Position numbers and translations under genes: made by a program | The notes under the pieces: generated by a model | What the model saw: the letters and a program-made list of their open reading frames with translations, nothing else | What the model was told of the DNA's origin: nothing | Databases searched by the model: none | Assembly (NCBI RefSeq): GCF_965277825.1 | Contig: NZ_OZ255846.1 | Span: forward strand, 352,010 to 416,009 | Length of the DNA: 64,000 nucleotides | Direction of reading: 5' to 3' | Source of the DNA: Rhodopila sp. | Lineage (GTDB): Bacteria; Pseudomonadota; Alphaproteobacteria; Acetobacterales; Acetobacteraceae | Shown: in pieces, positions 9,341 through 17,814 of the stretch | Layout: every line of letters begins with the position of its first letter | Numbering within the stretch: position 1 is the first letter of the stretch

Positions 9341-9625
9341 CTGGGGCGGTTTAGCGCGGGGCTGTCGAGTGCGGGGCGATTTAGCGCGGGGCGGTTGACT
9401 GCGGGGCGATTTAGCCCAGGGCGGCTTAGAGCGGGGCTGTTGAGCGCGGGGCTGTTGAGCGCGGGGCTGTTGAGCGCGGGGCTGTTGAGCGCGGGGCTGT
9501 TGAGCGCGGGGTTGTTGAGCGCGGGGCTGTTGAGCGCGGGGCTGTTGAGCGCGGGGCTGTTGAGCGCGGGGCTGTTGAGCGCGGGGCGGCTTAGCGCGGG
9601 GCGGTTGAGGGCGGGGCGGCTTTGC
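9341..9625. repeat. 15-bp minisatellite, 19 contiguous units (consensus gcggggctgttgagc)
   Basis: Units counted directly. Ten central near-identical copies are flanked by degenerate copies. The array fills the gap between the MFS stop (9338) and the TauD stop (9640). Confidence 0.95.
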
Positions 9626-9639
9626 GCTCGACGGGGCGG

Positions 9640-10677
9640 TCAGGCGGGAATCCAGCTTTTGTTCTCGCCGGCGTAGGCCGGGCCGGGATTGCCGCTGACG
9701 GTGGTGCGCCACATCACGCGGGATTCAGTTTCGGCGTCGAACCAGGTGGCGGCGTGCACCAGGCAGCGATTGTCCCAGACCACCAGATCGCCTCGGGTCC
9801 ATTCGTGGACGTAGACGAACTCGGGGCGGGTGAGGTGGGACATCAGCTCGAACAGCAGTGCGCCGCCGTCGCCGTCGGGGCCGGGCTGCATGCCGGCGAT
9901 GGGGCCGTCGAGCCAGTCCATCTGGCCGGCCTCGCACAGATAGAGCGCGGGGCGGCCGGTGACCGGGTGGATGCGCACGAGCGGCTGGCGTTGCGGGCGC
10001 TCGTGCGGCGCCAGCTCGCGCGGGCTGGCGCCGGACAGCACGGCATCGCGGTTGCGCCCGGCGCCGTTCTGCACATGGATGCCGTCGAGGCCGTTCAGGC
10101 GGGCCTGCATTTCGGGCGGCAGCGCGGCGTAGGCGGCGGTGGCGTCGGCGAACAGCGTCTGGCCCTGGTCGCGGCGGATCGGCGTCACCGCGAGGAAAAG
10201 GGAGATGTCGGGCGGCGGGCGGCGATAGCTCTGGTCGGTGTGCCAGCCGCGGCGGTGCGGGAAGCGGGTGGGTAGCTTGCCATCCTGGGTCAGCGGCGGC
10301 TCCGGCTGGCGCGGCGGCATGCGGCTGACCGGGGCGACGTTGGAGACGATGAAGATCTCGGGCACGGATGGGTGCACCATGTTCGGCGCGGTCAGGTTGT
10401 GGCGGTAGTCCTCGACCTCGGCACCGAAGACGCGGCTGAGGCGGACCAGCAGTTCGGGTAGGTCGGCCATCGCCTGCAGGCCCGGCAGCAGCAGCAGGCC
10501 GCCGGCGTCGGCCAGCGCGGCGGGCAGCAATTTCGGGTCGCGTTCGGCGGCTTCGACGACGCGCCGCGCGGCGTGGCGTTCCGCGATAGGCTGCTGCGCC
10601 GGAGCGCCGGCCAGTTGCAGGCGGGCGCCGAAGCCGGATCCGGTGAGCGGCTGTGGGGGCTCGAAGCGGTCGGTCAA
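9640..10677 (-). CDS. TauD/TfdA family Fe(II)/2-oxoglutarate dioxygenase
   Basis: WHTDQSY, LFADATAAYAALP and VVWDNRCLVHAA motifs. TTG 10677 gives (M)TDRFEPPQPLTGSGFGARL and has GGAGG 7 nt upstream. The longer ORF (to 10914) would run into the repeat element. Confidence 0.85.
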   Translation of the reverse strand: MTDRFEPPQPLTGSGFGARLQLAGAPAQQPIAERHAARRVVEAAERDPKLLPAALADAGGLLLLPGLQAMADLPELLVRLSRVFGAEVEDYRHNLTAPNMVHPSVPEIFIVSNVAPVSRMPPRQPEPPLTQDGKLPTRFPHRRGWHTDQSYRRPPPDISLFLAVTPIRRDQGQTLFADATAAYAALPPEMQARLNGLDGIHVQNGAGRNRDAVLSGASPRELAPHERPQRQPLVRIHPVTGRPALYLCEAGQMDWLDGPIAGMQPGPDGDGGALLFELMSHLTRPEFVYVHEWTRGDLVVWDNRCLVHAATWFDAETESRVMWRTTVSGNPGPAYAGENKSWIPA

Positions 10678-10805
10678 CGGTTGCCTCCGATGCGATGGAA
10701 GCCGGAGGCTATCGGATCGGTCGGTTCGGTCAACTCGTCGGGGCGTGGAACGCGCTTGCCGGGGTGGTTGCGCGCGGCTGAGCGGTGGATGGCGCGGGGT
10801 CATCG

Positions 10806-11025
10806 CATTTGGATTTCTGTCGGCGCCATTCGCCGGATGCGATGACCGGGAGAAGCGCCGGACGCGGCGTGACCACGAGAAGCGGTTTAGAACCGTAGAT
10901 GCACGCCGAGGCACGCCGATCAGGAGTTATGCTGAAAACTTGCTTCCAAGGCGTTGCATATCCTTTCCGCATCCGTGGTTCCCGCATCTGGCGTTTGAGG
11001 CAAATGCAATCGCCCTAGTGAAGGG
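10806..11025. repeat. intergenic repeat family, copy 2 (with an internal ~27-bp duplication)
   Basis: Same core as copies 1 and 3, in the same orientation. Lies between the divergent TauD and GAF-kinase genes. Confidence 0.75.
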
Positions 11026-11136
11026 CGGATTAGCAATGGTCAATTCGATGGAATCGAAATAGAAGGGATGTCCGGTCGTGCCGGTGGGTCGCCGGGTTGG
11101 TGGGTGTCTGGCGGATGGAGTTGTTTGATTGGATGC

Positions 11137-12333
11137 ATGGATGTCCTTGGCCGAAGTGAGAGCGTGAACGATTTGCGAGCCGATATTGCGGCCGTCAGCG
11201 AAATCAAGGCGGTCCCGACGATCCTGGAGGTGGTGTGCCGGACCACCGGCATCGGCTTTGCCGCCGTGGCCCACGTCACCGAGGATCGCTGGGTCGCTTG
11301 TGGCGTGCGCGGTGAATTCGCCGGACTGCAGCCGGGCGGTGAGCTTCCGGTTGAAACCACGATCTGTCATGCGGTGCGTGCCAGCGGGGAAGCGGTCATT
11401 GTCGACAACGTCGCCGTAGACCCGCGTTATCGCGACCATCCGACGCCTGCGCAGTATGGCTTCCAAAGCTGCATCTCGGTGCCGATCGTGCTGCCGGACG
11501 GGCGGTTCTTCGGCACGCTGTGTGGCGCCGACGCGCAGCCGGCGCGGCTGCGGACGCCCGAGGTGATCGGCATGTTCAAGATGTTCGCCGAACTGATCGC
11601 GTTTCACCTCAATGTGCTGGAGCAGGCCGCGGTCAGCCAGGATCGGCTGCTGGACGAGCAAAAAACGTCGCTGTTGCGCGAGCAGTTCATCGCGGTGCTG
11701 GGGCATGATCTGCGCAACCCGCTGGCGGCGATCAGTGCCGGGGCAGAGTTGCTGGCGCGGACGCCGCTGACCGAGAAGGGGTCTCGGATGGTGGCGATCA
11801 TTCGCGCCAGCGCCAACCGGATGTCGCGCCTGATCGACGATGTGATGGATTTCGCCCGCGGCCGGCTGGGCAGCGGCCTGACCCTGGACCGCACCTCCGC
11901 CGAGGCGCTGGAGCCGGTGCTGCGGCACGTGATCGCGGAGTTGCAGTCGAGTGTGCCGGAGCGCCGGATCGAGGCATCCATCGCGCTGGGCGGCCCGGTG
12001 CTGTGTGATTCGGTGCGGATCTCGCAACTGCTGTCCAACCTGCTGGGCAACGCGCTGGCGCATGGCGCTGCGGACCAGCCGGTGCGGGTCGAGGCGGTTT
12101 GCGATGACAAGGCGTTCGAGCTGGCGGTCTGCAACGGTGGAGAAATGATCCCGCCGGCGGTGCTGGAGCGGATGTTCCAGCCGTTCGCTCGCGGGGCGGT
12201 GCGCCCGGATCAGCCTGGGCTTGGCCTGGGCCTGTTCATCGCGTGGGAAATCGCCCGCGCACATGGCGGCACGCTGACGGTGACGTCGTCGGTGCAGGAG
12301 ACGCGGTTCAGTTTCAAGATGGCGGTGGGTTGA
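11137..12333 (+). CDS. GAF-domain sensor histidine kinase
   Basis: GAF region (FAAVAHVTEDRWVACGV...SCISVPIVLPDGRFFGTLCG), HisKA H-box (VLGHDLRNPLAAI), and HATPase N/G boxes (LLGNALAHG, GLGLGLFIA). ATG 11068 is an in-frame alternative start. Confidence 0.85.
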   Translation: MDVLGRSESVNDLRADIAAVSEIKAVPTILEVVCRTTGIGFAAVAHVTEDRWVACGVRGEFAGLQPGGELPVETTICHAVRASGEAVIVDNVAVDPRYRDHPTPAQYGFQSCISVPIVLPDGRFFGTLCGADAQPARLRTPEVIGMFKMFAELIAFHLNVLEQAAVSQDRLLDEQKTSLLREQFIAVLGHDLRNPLAAISAGAELLARTPLTEKGSRMVAIIRASANRMSRLIDDVMDFARGRLGSGLTLDRTSAEALEPVLRHVIAELQSSVPERRIEASIALGGPVLCDSVRISQLLSNLLGNALAHGAADQPVRVEAVCDDKAFELAVCNGGEMIPPAVLERMFQPFARGAVRPDQPGLGLGLFIAWEIARAHGGTLTVTSSVQETRFSFKMAVG

Positions 12334-12335
12334 CC

Positions 12336-12371
12336 GGGGCTGATGGTGTGGCTGGGGCTGATGGCGTGGCC
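12336..12371. repeat. 18-bp tandem repeat x2 (ggggctgatgg.gtggc.)
   Basis: Two adjacent near-identical units immediately after the kinase stop. Confidence 0.7.
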
Positions 12372-12484
12372 GGTATGGCGTCGCGCAGGGATGCTGTTGT
12401 TCCTGCCCGGTTCGCTTTCGCAGCGTAGCGCGGGCGTCGCGTCAGCCGCAATGTGGCGGGCGCTGATGGGCGGGGAACGATCGG

Positions 12485-13009
12485 TCAGCCGACGAGACCG
12501 ATGGCTCCGGCGATCGCGGCGCCACCGAGGATCAGCATCGGGTGGAGCTTGGTGCAGAGGAACAGCGCCGCTGTCAGCACGGTGACGACGGCGGCGGCGG
12601 CATCCACCGCGGTGGCTTCGATCAACAGTGCCGCGCTGGCCATGATCAGCCCGATGCTGACCGGCTGCAGGCCGGCCTGCAGGGCTTTGCGCCAGGGAGC
12701 GTCCTTGAAGCGATACCACACGCCGCTGACGATCAGGGTCAATAACGAGGACGGGGTGAGCACCGATACTGTCGTGACCAATGCGCCCGAGAGGCCGGCG
12801 ACTCGCCAGCCGATCAGGCTGACCACCATCATGTTCGGCCCGGGTGCTGCCTGGGCGAGGGCGAACAGCGCGGCGAAATCGCGCGCTGTCATCCAATGGT
12901 GGACGTCGACGACCTGGCGCTGCATCTCGGGCAGCACGGCGTTGGCGCCGCCGAAGGCGAGCAGCGAGAACTGCGCGTAGACGGCGGCGAGTTCGGTCAG
13001 CCTGGTCAT
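12485..13009 (-). CDS. chromate transporter (CHR) family protein, second half-size subunit
   Basis: FGGANAVLPEMQRQVVDVHHWMTARDFAALFALAQAAPGPN is the ChrA signature. ATG 13009 overlaps the upstream stop (ATGA). ATG 13024 is an alternative. Confidence 0.8.
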   Translation of the reverse strand: MTRLTELAAVYAQFSLLAFGGANAVLPEMQRQVVDVHHWMTARDFAALFALAQAAPGPNMMVVSLIGWRVAGLSGALVTTVSVLTPSSLLTLIVSGVWYRFKDAPWRKALQAGLQPVSIGLIMASAALLIEATAVDAAAAVVTVLTAALFLCTKLHPMLILGGAAIAGAIGLVG

Positions 13010-13806
13010 CGGGGGAAGCGCCATTGCAGCAGGGTGGAGCCGATCGCCAGTACTGGCATGGCGGCCAGCAGCGGCAGGCGCAGCACGGCGATCACCACGA
13101 AGCTGCGGGCGGCGACGCCGATCGCCATTGGCCTGCCGCGCAGCGGCGCGGCGATTTTCCATGCGCTGGCCAGCAGGTACGCTGCGGCGGCGGCCGACAG
13201 CGCGACGAACGCGCGGCGCACTGGCGGGTAGGCGGCGTACTGGTCATAGATCGCGCCCAGCATGATGACGATGGCCACCGGCGCGGTCATCAGTCCGAGC
13301 AGGCAGGCGATGGCTCCGCGCAGGCCGTGGAAGCGCGATCCGAGCGCGATCGTCAGGTTCATGATGTTGCCGCCGGGCAGGAATTGGCACAGCCCGAGCA
13401 TGTCGGTGAACTCGGCGGCGGTGAGCCATTTGCGCTGGTCGACGATCATCCGCCGGGCCCAGGGCAGGACGCCGCCGAAGCCGCAGATGCCGACGATGAA
13501 GAAGCCGGCGAACAGGTCGAGGGTGGTTGGATCGGGCGGGGTCGGGTCTGGTCTGGTCGGGTTGGGCGTGGCCGGGGTGAGCGTGGTCACGGTGGGCGTG
13601 GCCGGGGTGGGCGTGGTCACGGTGGGCGTGGTCACGGTGGGCGTGGTCGGGTTGGGCGTGGTCAGGGTGGGTGTGGCCGGGGTGGGCGTGGTCGGGGTGG
13701 GCGTGGTCGGGGTGGGCGTGGTCGGGGTGAGCGTGGTCGGGCTAGGTGTGGCCGGGCTGGGCGTGGTCGGAGTGGACGGGATGCGGTCGGGGGGCGTTTC
13801 GGACAT
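13006..13806 (-). CDS. chromate transporter (CHR) family protein, first half-size subunit, with a Thr/Pro-rich N-terminal extension
   Basis: FGGVLPWARRMIVDQRKWLTAAEFTDMLGLCQFLPGGN is the ChrA signature. The N-terminal ~90 aa are (P/T)-rich pentapeptide repeats. ATG 13806 gives MSETPPD. Confidence 0.75.
   Translation of the reverse strand: MSETPPDRIPSTPTTPSPATPSPTTLTPTTPTPTTPTPTTPTPATPTLTTPNPTTPTVTTPTVTTPTPATPTVTTLTPATPNPTRPDPTPPDPTTLDLFAGFFIVGICGFGGVLPWARRMIVDQRKWLTAAEFTDMLGLCQFLPGGNIMNLTIALGSRFHGLRGAIACLLGLMTAPVAIVIMLGAIYDQYAAYPPVRRAFVALSAAAAAYLLASAWKIAAPLRGRPMAIGVAARSFVVIAVLRLPLLAAMPVLAIGSTLLQWRFPR
13530..13785. repeat. 15-bp tandem array (~17 units, ggtgggcgtggtcgg on the + strand) inside the chrA 5-prime coding region
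   Basis: Read directly. Units stay in frame and encode TPTTP/TPTVT pentapeptides on the minus strand. Confidence 0.9.
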
Positions 13807-13972
13807 GCAGCGATGGATAGCGAATCCTGGGTGGGTTGGACAATTGGCGGACGGTGGCGGCGGTGTTGGGTCCAGGGGGTATTGCGCTTTGGCAATGGGA
13901 AGCAACGGACAGTTTCCTGGTGTGCCGAAGCTGTGTCTGGCGTTGCGGTCGAGCAAGCCCAATGTAGGCTGC

Positions 13973-14233
13973 ATGACCAAGCGCCGCAGCAGCAGCCTTC
14001 CCGCTATGATGACTGAAATGACGCTGGCGTCGTGGGAGACCATGTTCCGCCGCGGGCTGATGATGGCGCAGGGGACTTGCAGCGCGGCCGAGTATCAGCG
14101 GATGGTCATGGAAAAGGCGGCGGCGATGCAGGCCTCGACCCTGGCGATGATGACCGGGCGGGGGCAGGCCGCGATGGTGGCGCCGTACTTGGTCCGGTCG
14201 CGTGCAAACGCTCGGCGGTTGCGCCGCAAGTAG
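13973..14233 (+). CDS. small hypothetical protein ending in ..ANARRLRRK
   Basis: The 86-aa tail of ORF 13262..14233 lies outside chrA. The sequence ASWETMFRRGLMMAQGTCSAAEYQRMVMEKAAAMQAS...NARRL resembles small alphaproteobacterial proteins I recall. The start codon is uncertain. Confidence 0.4.
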   Translation: MTKRRSSSLPAMMTEMTLASWETMFRRGLMMAQGTCSAAEYQRMVMEKAAAMQASTLAMMTGRGQAAMVAPYLVRSRANARRLRRK

Positions 14234-14280
14234 AACTGGTGGTCGCTTTATTCGCGGGCTGCGCGGGCCGCCATTGCGGG

Positions 14281-15150
14281 TCAGGCGCTTTCGCGGTGTT
14301 CGACGTCGGGGTCTTCGCGGGGCGCCTCGGCTTCGCGCCGCAGCCGGCGGAAGCTGCGCACGCTGAACGGCAGCATCCCGACATAGATCAGCCCGGCCGC
14401 GGCCAACGCGGCCCATGGGTCGGCAATGGCGACCGCGGCGTAGGCGCCGGTTCCCAGCAGCAGCGGCAGGACGTACTCCGACGGGACCTTGAAGTTCTTG
14501 AAGCTCCAGATCGGCAGGGTGGACACCAGCAGCAGCGAGGTGCCGATCAGCACGGCGGCGCAGAGCAGGGGAAACTGGGAGGCCTGCAGCAGCCAATCGA
14601 AGCCGAGCGACTGTGCCTCGAGGCCGAGGAAGAGTGGGAACAGCGCCAGGCCGGCGCCGGCCGGGGCCGGGACGCCGGTGAAGAAGTTGTAGGCGTAGGC
14701 TGGCTTCGGGGCGCCGTCGAGGGACGCGTTGAAGCGTGCCAGGCGCAGCGCCATACAGACCGCGAACATCAGGCACGGGGCGTAGCCGTAGGCGCGGCCG
14801 CGCTGCAGCGACCACAGGTAGATGACGAACGGGGGCGCCACGCCGAAGCAGAGAAAGTCGGACAGGCTGTCGAACTCGGCGCCGAAGCGCGACGTGGTTT
14901 TCAGCATCCTGGCCAGTCGGCCGTCGAGGCCATCGATCAGGCCGGCGACGACGATCGCCACGGCGGCGGCGCCAAACCTGCCCTCGAGTCCGAAGCGCAT
15001 CGATGTCAGGCCGCCGCACAGGCCCAGCATGGTCAGCAGATTGGGGATCATGCGGTTGAACGACGGGCCCTTGTAGCGCGGCCGCTTGCGTGGCCGCGGG
15101 CGGTAGCGTCGCAGTCGGCGGATCTGTGAGACGGACGCTCGGTCGGTCAT
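14281..15150 (-). CDS. pssA: CDP-diacylglycerol--serine O-phosphatidyltransferase
   Basis: CDP-alcohol phosphatidyltransferase motif: DGLDGRLARMLKTTSRFGAEFDSLSD. Multiple TM segments. Confidence 0.9.
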   Translation of the reverse strand: MTDRASVSQIRRLRRYRPRPRKRPRYKGPSFNRMIPNLLTMLGLCGGLTSMRFGLEGRFGAAAVAIVVAGLIDGLDGRLARMLKTTSRFGAEFDSLSDFLCFGVAPPFVIYLWSLQRGRAYGYAPCLMFAVCMALRLARFNASLDGAPKPAYAYNFFTGVPAPAGAGLALFPLFLGLEAQSLGFDWLLQASQFPLLCAAVLIGTSLLLVSTLPIWSFKNFKVPSEYVLPLLLGTGAYAAVAIADPWAALAAAGLIYVGMLPFSVRSFRRLRREAEAPREDPDVEHRESA

Positions 15151-15184
15151 GATTTCGCCCTGGCTATTGCACGATTCATGGGGT

Positions 15185-15877
15185 TTACGCGTCGTGCCGA
15201 GCGCGATCGTGGGCCAGTTCGGCGATCACGGTTTCACCGCCGATCATGGTTTGGCCCTCGGTTACCAGGGGGCGCACGCCTTCGGGCAGGTATAGATCGG
15301 TTCGGCTGCCGAAGCGGATGATGCCGAAGCGGTCGCCGGCGGTCACCGGGTCGCCTTCGCGCACCGAACAGAGGATGCGCCGAGCGATCAGGCCGGCGAT
15401 CTGCACCACGGCGATTTCGTGCCCGTCGGGCAGGCGGATGGCCAAGGCGTTGCGCTCGTTTGCCTCGCTGGCCTTGTCCTGGCCGGCGCTGAGGAAGGCG
15501 CCGTGGCGGTAGGCGATGCGGGTGATGACGCCGCTCGCCGGTACGCGGTTGACGTGGACGTTGAGCACCGAGAGGAAGATCGACACTTTCCAGCGCGGGC
15601 CGGTGGACAGGCCGAGTTCCGGCGGCGGGGCGGCGGGCCTGACCGCGACCACGCGGCCGTCGGCGGGGGCGAGGAGCAGGTGGTCCCTGGGCGGCGGATG
15701 GCGCTCCGGGTCGCGAAAGAAGTACAGGCAGAACAGGGTGAAGACGAGGCCCAGCCAGATCAGCCAGGCGCCGAAGGCGAAGCCCAGCAGCAGGGCGATC
15801 AGTCCCGCCATGATGAACGGGCGCCCGGCCGGGTGTGGCGGCGCGAGGACGCCGCTTATATCGTCCGTGATAGCCAT
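15185..15877 (-). CDS. psd: phosphatidylserine decarboxylase proenzyme
   Basis: LSVLNVHVNRVPASG and the FGSRTD self-cleavage region. Adjacent to pssA. Confidence 0.9.
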   Translation of the reverse strand: MAITDDISGVLAPPHPAGRPFIMAGLIALLLGFAFGAWLIWLGLVFTLFCLYFFRDPERHPPPRDHLLLAPADGRVVAVRPAAPPPELGLSTGPRWKVSIFLSVLNVHVNRVPASGVITRIAYRHGAFLSAGQDKASEANERNALAIRLPDGHEIAVVQIAGLIARRILCSVREGDPVTAGDRFGIIRFGSRTDLYLPEGVRPLVTEGQTMIGGETVIAELAHDRARHDA

Positions 15878-16154
15878 CTGGCGGCGGTTTATGCAGGGTT
15901 AGCCGGCGCTGGGCAAGGATCACCGCGCGGGTGACCTGGCGAGCGGTCGGTCCGCTTGGGTCGCGGGCTTGATGTTTGGCATGGAGAACGGGACAAGCGG
16001 CACGACGGAGATCTTGGAGTTCTTTGCGATCGATGTTGGGAGACGTATGACGTCGATTGAAGCCGGCCTTTTCTGCGATTGTTTACGGTCAAATTTTGTG
16101 GACGCAACGGTGCTCGGTTCCGAGCGGTGGGTGGGTGCTGTGGTTTAAAAGTAC

Positions 16155-16190
16155 TGAACCGCGGATGCACGCGGATTAACGCAGATTGTT
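16155..16190. repeat. partial copy of the intergenic repeat family
   Basis: ctgaaccgcggatgcacgcggattaacgc matches the ggaaccgcggatgcacgccga..gttacgc core segment only. Confidence 0.4.
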
Positions 16191-16314
16191 GTTCCTTGGC
16201 CGCAAGCTTTATTTTCGGGTGACGGGTGCCGGTGACGAGTGATGGCTGGGCAGGCCTGCGCGGCTGAGCGGCCTTCTTGCGGGCCTGTCTTTGGATGGCG
16301 CCGTGGTGCCCGTC

Positions 16315-17694
16315 CTAGATGGCGGCTTCTTGAAAAATTCGGCCGGCGTCGCCGCCCCATGCCTGGTTGTAGCGCTGCAACCAGTGTTCGGCCTGGGTCG
16401 GCGCGCCGGCGGCGATGACTTGCAGCGGTTGCAGATAGGCGCGTTCGTCTTCGCCTGCCGCGTTGAGCCGGTGGCGGGCGCGCAGGCCGTCCTGGGCGAT
16501 CGTCACGACGTCGGCGGCGATGTCGCGCAGGGTGCCCCCGCGCCACGGCGCGGCCAGGCCCTGGCGCGGCACGGCGGTTCGGGCGGTGACGGCATCCTGC
16601 CAGGATGCGCCGCGCAGCAGTGCCTCGGCGGCGGCCAGCGCGGCGGGGTCGTAGAGCAGGCCGACCCAGAGCGCCGATTGCGCCAGCATCATGTCAGGGC
16701 GTCCGGCGTCGGCGCCGCGCATCTCGAGGAAGCGTTTCAGGCGGACATCGGTGAAGGCGGTGGTGACGTGATCGGCGAAGTCGCCCTGGGTGGCGGTGAC
16801 GCCGGCCAGAGCGGGCACCCGTCCGGCGATGAAGTCGGCGAACGACTGTCCGGCGACATCGATGTAGCCGCCGTCGCGGTAGACGAAATACATCGGCACG
16901 TGCTCGATCAGCCAGGACGCGTAGCGCTCGAAGCCGAAACCGTCCTCGAACATGACCCGTGGGATGCCGGCGCGCTGATTGTCGGTGTCGGTCCATACCT
17001 GGGCGCGATAGGACAGGAAGCCGTTCGGCTTGCCCTCGGTGAACGGAGAATTGGCGAACAGCGCGGTGGCCAGCGGCTGCAGCAGCAGCGAGACGCGCAG
17101 CTTGCGCCGCATGTCCTGCTCCGAGGCGAAGTCGAGATTGACCTGCACCGTGCAGGTGCGGGTCATCATGTCGAGACCCATGGCGCCGACCAGCGGCATG
17201 TAGCGCTGCATGATGGCGTAGCGGCCTTTCGGCATCCACGGCATCGCGGCGCGGCGGGCCAGCGGGTGAAAACCGAGCGGAGTGAAGCCCATGTCGAGGG
17301 GGGCGCAGGCGGCGCGGACCTGGTCGAAGTGGGTTTCGAGCTCCTGGCGGGTCTGGTGCAGGTCGTGCAGCGGTGCGCCGGACAGTTCGAGCTGTCCGGC
17401 CGGCTCCAGCGAGACCGAGGCGGCGCCCTGCTTCAGCCCGATGGTGTTGTCGCCGTCCAGGATGGGGGCACCGCCGATTTGGGCCAGGCCGGCGAGCAGG
17501 TCGCGAATGCTGCCGGGCTGGCGGTCGGTGGGGAAGTAGGGCGGCGCGGCCAAATCGACTTTGCGGAAGCCGAACTTTTCATGTTCGGTGCCGATGCGGA
17601 ACTGCGCCGGCGGCTTGGCGCCGGCTTCGAAATACTCCGCCATTTGCCGGATCGAGGTAAGCGGCGTGTCGTCGGTGTCACCGGGATTGGACAT
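16315..17694 (-). CDS. gshA: glutamate--cysteine ligase (plant/alphaproteobacterial GCS2 type)
   Basis: 459 aa with GTEHEKFGF, ELSGAPL and RPDMMLAQSALWVGLLYD, typical of the group 3 GCL. Confidence 0.9.
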   Translation of the reverse strand: MSNPGDTDDTPLTSIRQMAEYFEAGAKPPAQFRIGTEHEKFGFRKVDLAAPPYFPTDRQPGSIRDLLAGLAQIGGAPILDGDNTIGLKQGAASVSLEPAGQLELSGAPLHDLHQTRQELETHFDQVRAACAPLDMGFTPLGFHPLARRAAMPWMPKGRYAIMQRYMPLVGAMGLDMMTRTCTVQVNLDFASEQDMRRKLRVSLLLQPLATALFANSPFTEGKPNGFLSYRAQVWTDTDNQRAGIPRVMFEDGFGFERYASWLIEHVPMYFVYRDGGYIDVAGQSFADFIAGRVPALAGVTATQGDFADHVTTAFTDVRLKRFLEMRGADAGRPDMMLAQSALWVGLLYDPAALAAAEALLRGASWQDAVTARTAVPRQGLAAPWRGGTLRDIAADVVTIAQDGLRARHRLNAAGEDERAYLQPLQVIAAGAPTQAEHWLQRYNQAWGGDAGRIFQEAAI

Positions 17695-17814
17695 GGGGTT
17701 CCCACGGCAATTTGGTTATACCGCCGGTCTGGCGGCGGGGTGCGCTGGGTAGTCTGGTCGCAAGCCAAGGGCCGAGAACCGGAACGGAGCACGCCTGTGT
17801 CGGAGTTCACCGTA

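Noticed and set aside
9341-9625. CRISPR array (also considered for 32142-32335 and 48628-48882)
   Set aside because: The units are contiguous with no unique spacers. Unit length (15-19 bp) is below the CRISPR repeat range. There are no cas genes or leader sequence in the window.
9053-9712. ORFs 9053..9676 (+, LLSAG repeats) and 9335..9712 (-, QQPRA repeats) as pentapeptide-repeat proteins
   Set aside because: They are simply translations of the 15-bp minisatellite. They overlap the well-supported 3-prime ends of the MFS and TauD genes, lack ribosome-binding sites, and any frame of a 15-bp array stays open by construction.
10678-10914. N-terminal 79-aa extension of the TauD ORF (start 10914)
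   Set aside because: The extension is Arg/Ser/Pro-rich with no homology and runs into the intergenic repeat element (10806-11025). A TTG with a GGAGG site at 10677 yields a canonical TauD N-terminus.
12485-13806. Split chromate transporter as a frameshifted pseudogene
   Set aside because: Both halves have their own FGG...P..Q signature and TM sets, and they are joined by an ATGA start/stop overlap. This matches the known arrangement of paired short-chain CHR proteins rather than a broken long ChrA.
13742-15129. Long ORFs 13742..15019 (-) and 14032..15129 (+) overlapping pssA
   Set aside because: These are Arg/Pro/Gly-rich alternative frames of the pssA region. The pssA frame carries the CDP-alcohol phosphatidyltransferase motif and TM segments. 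The others show no motifs.
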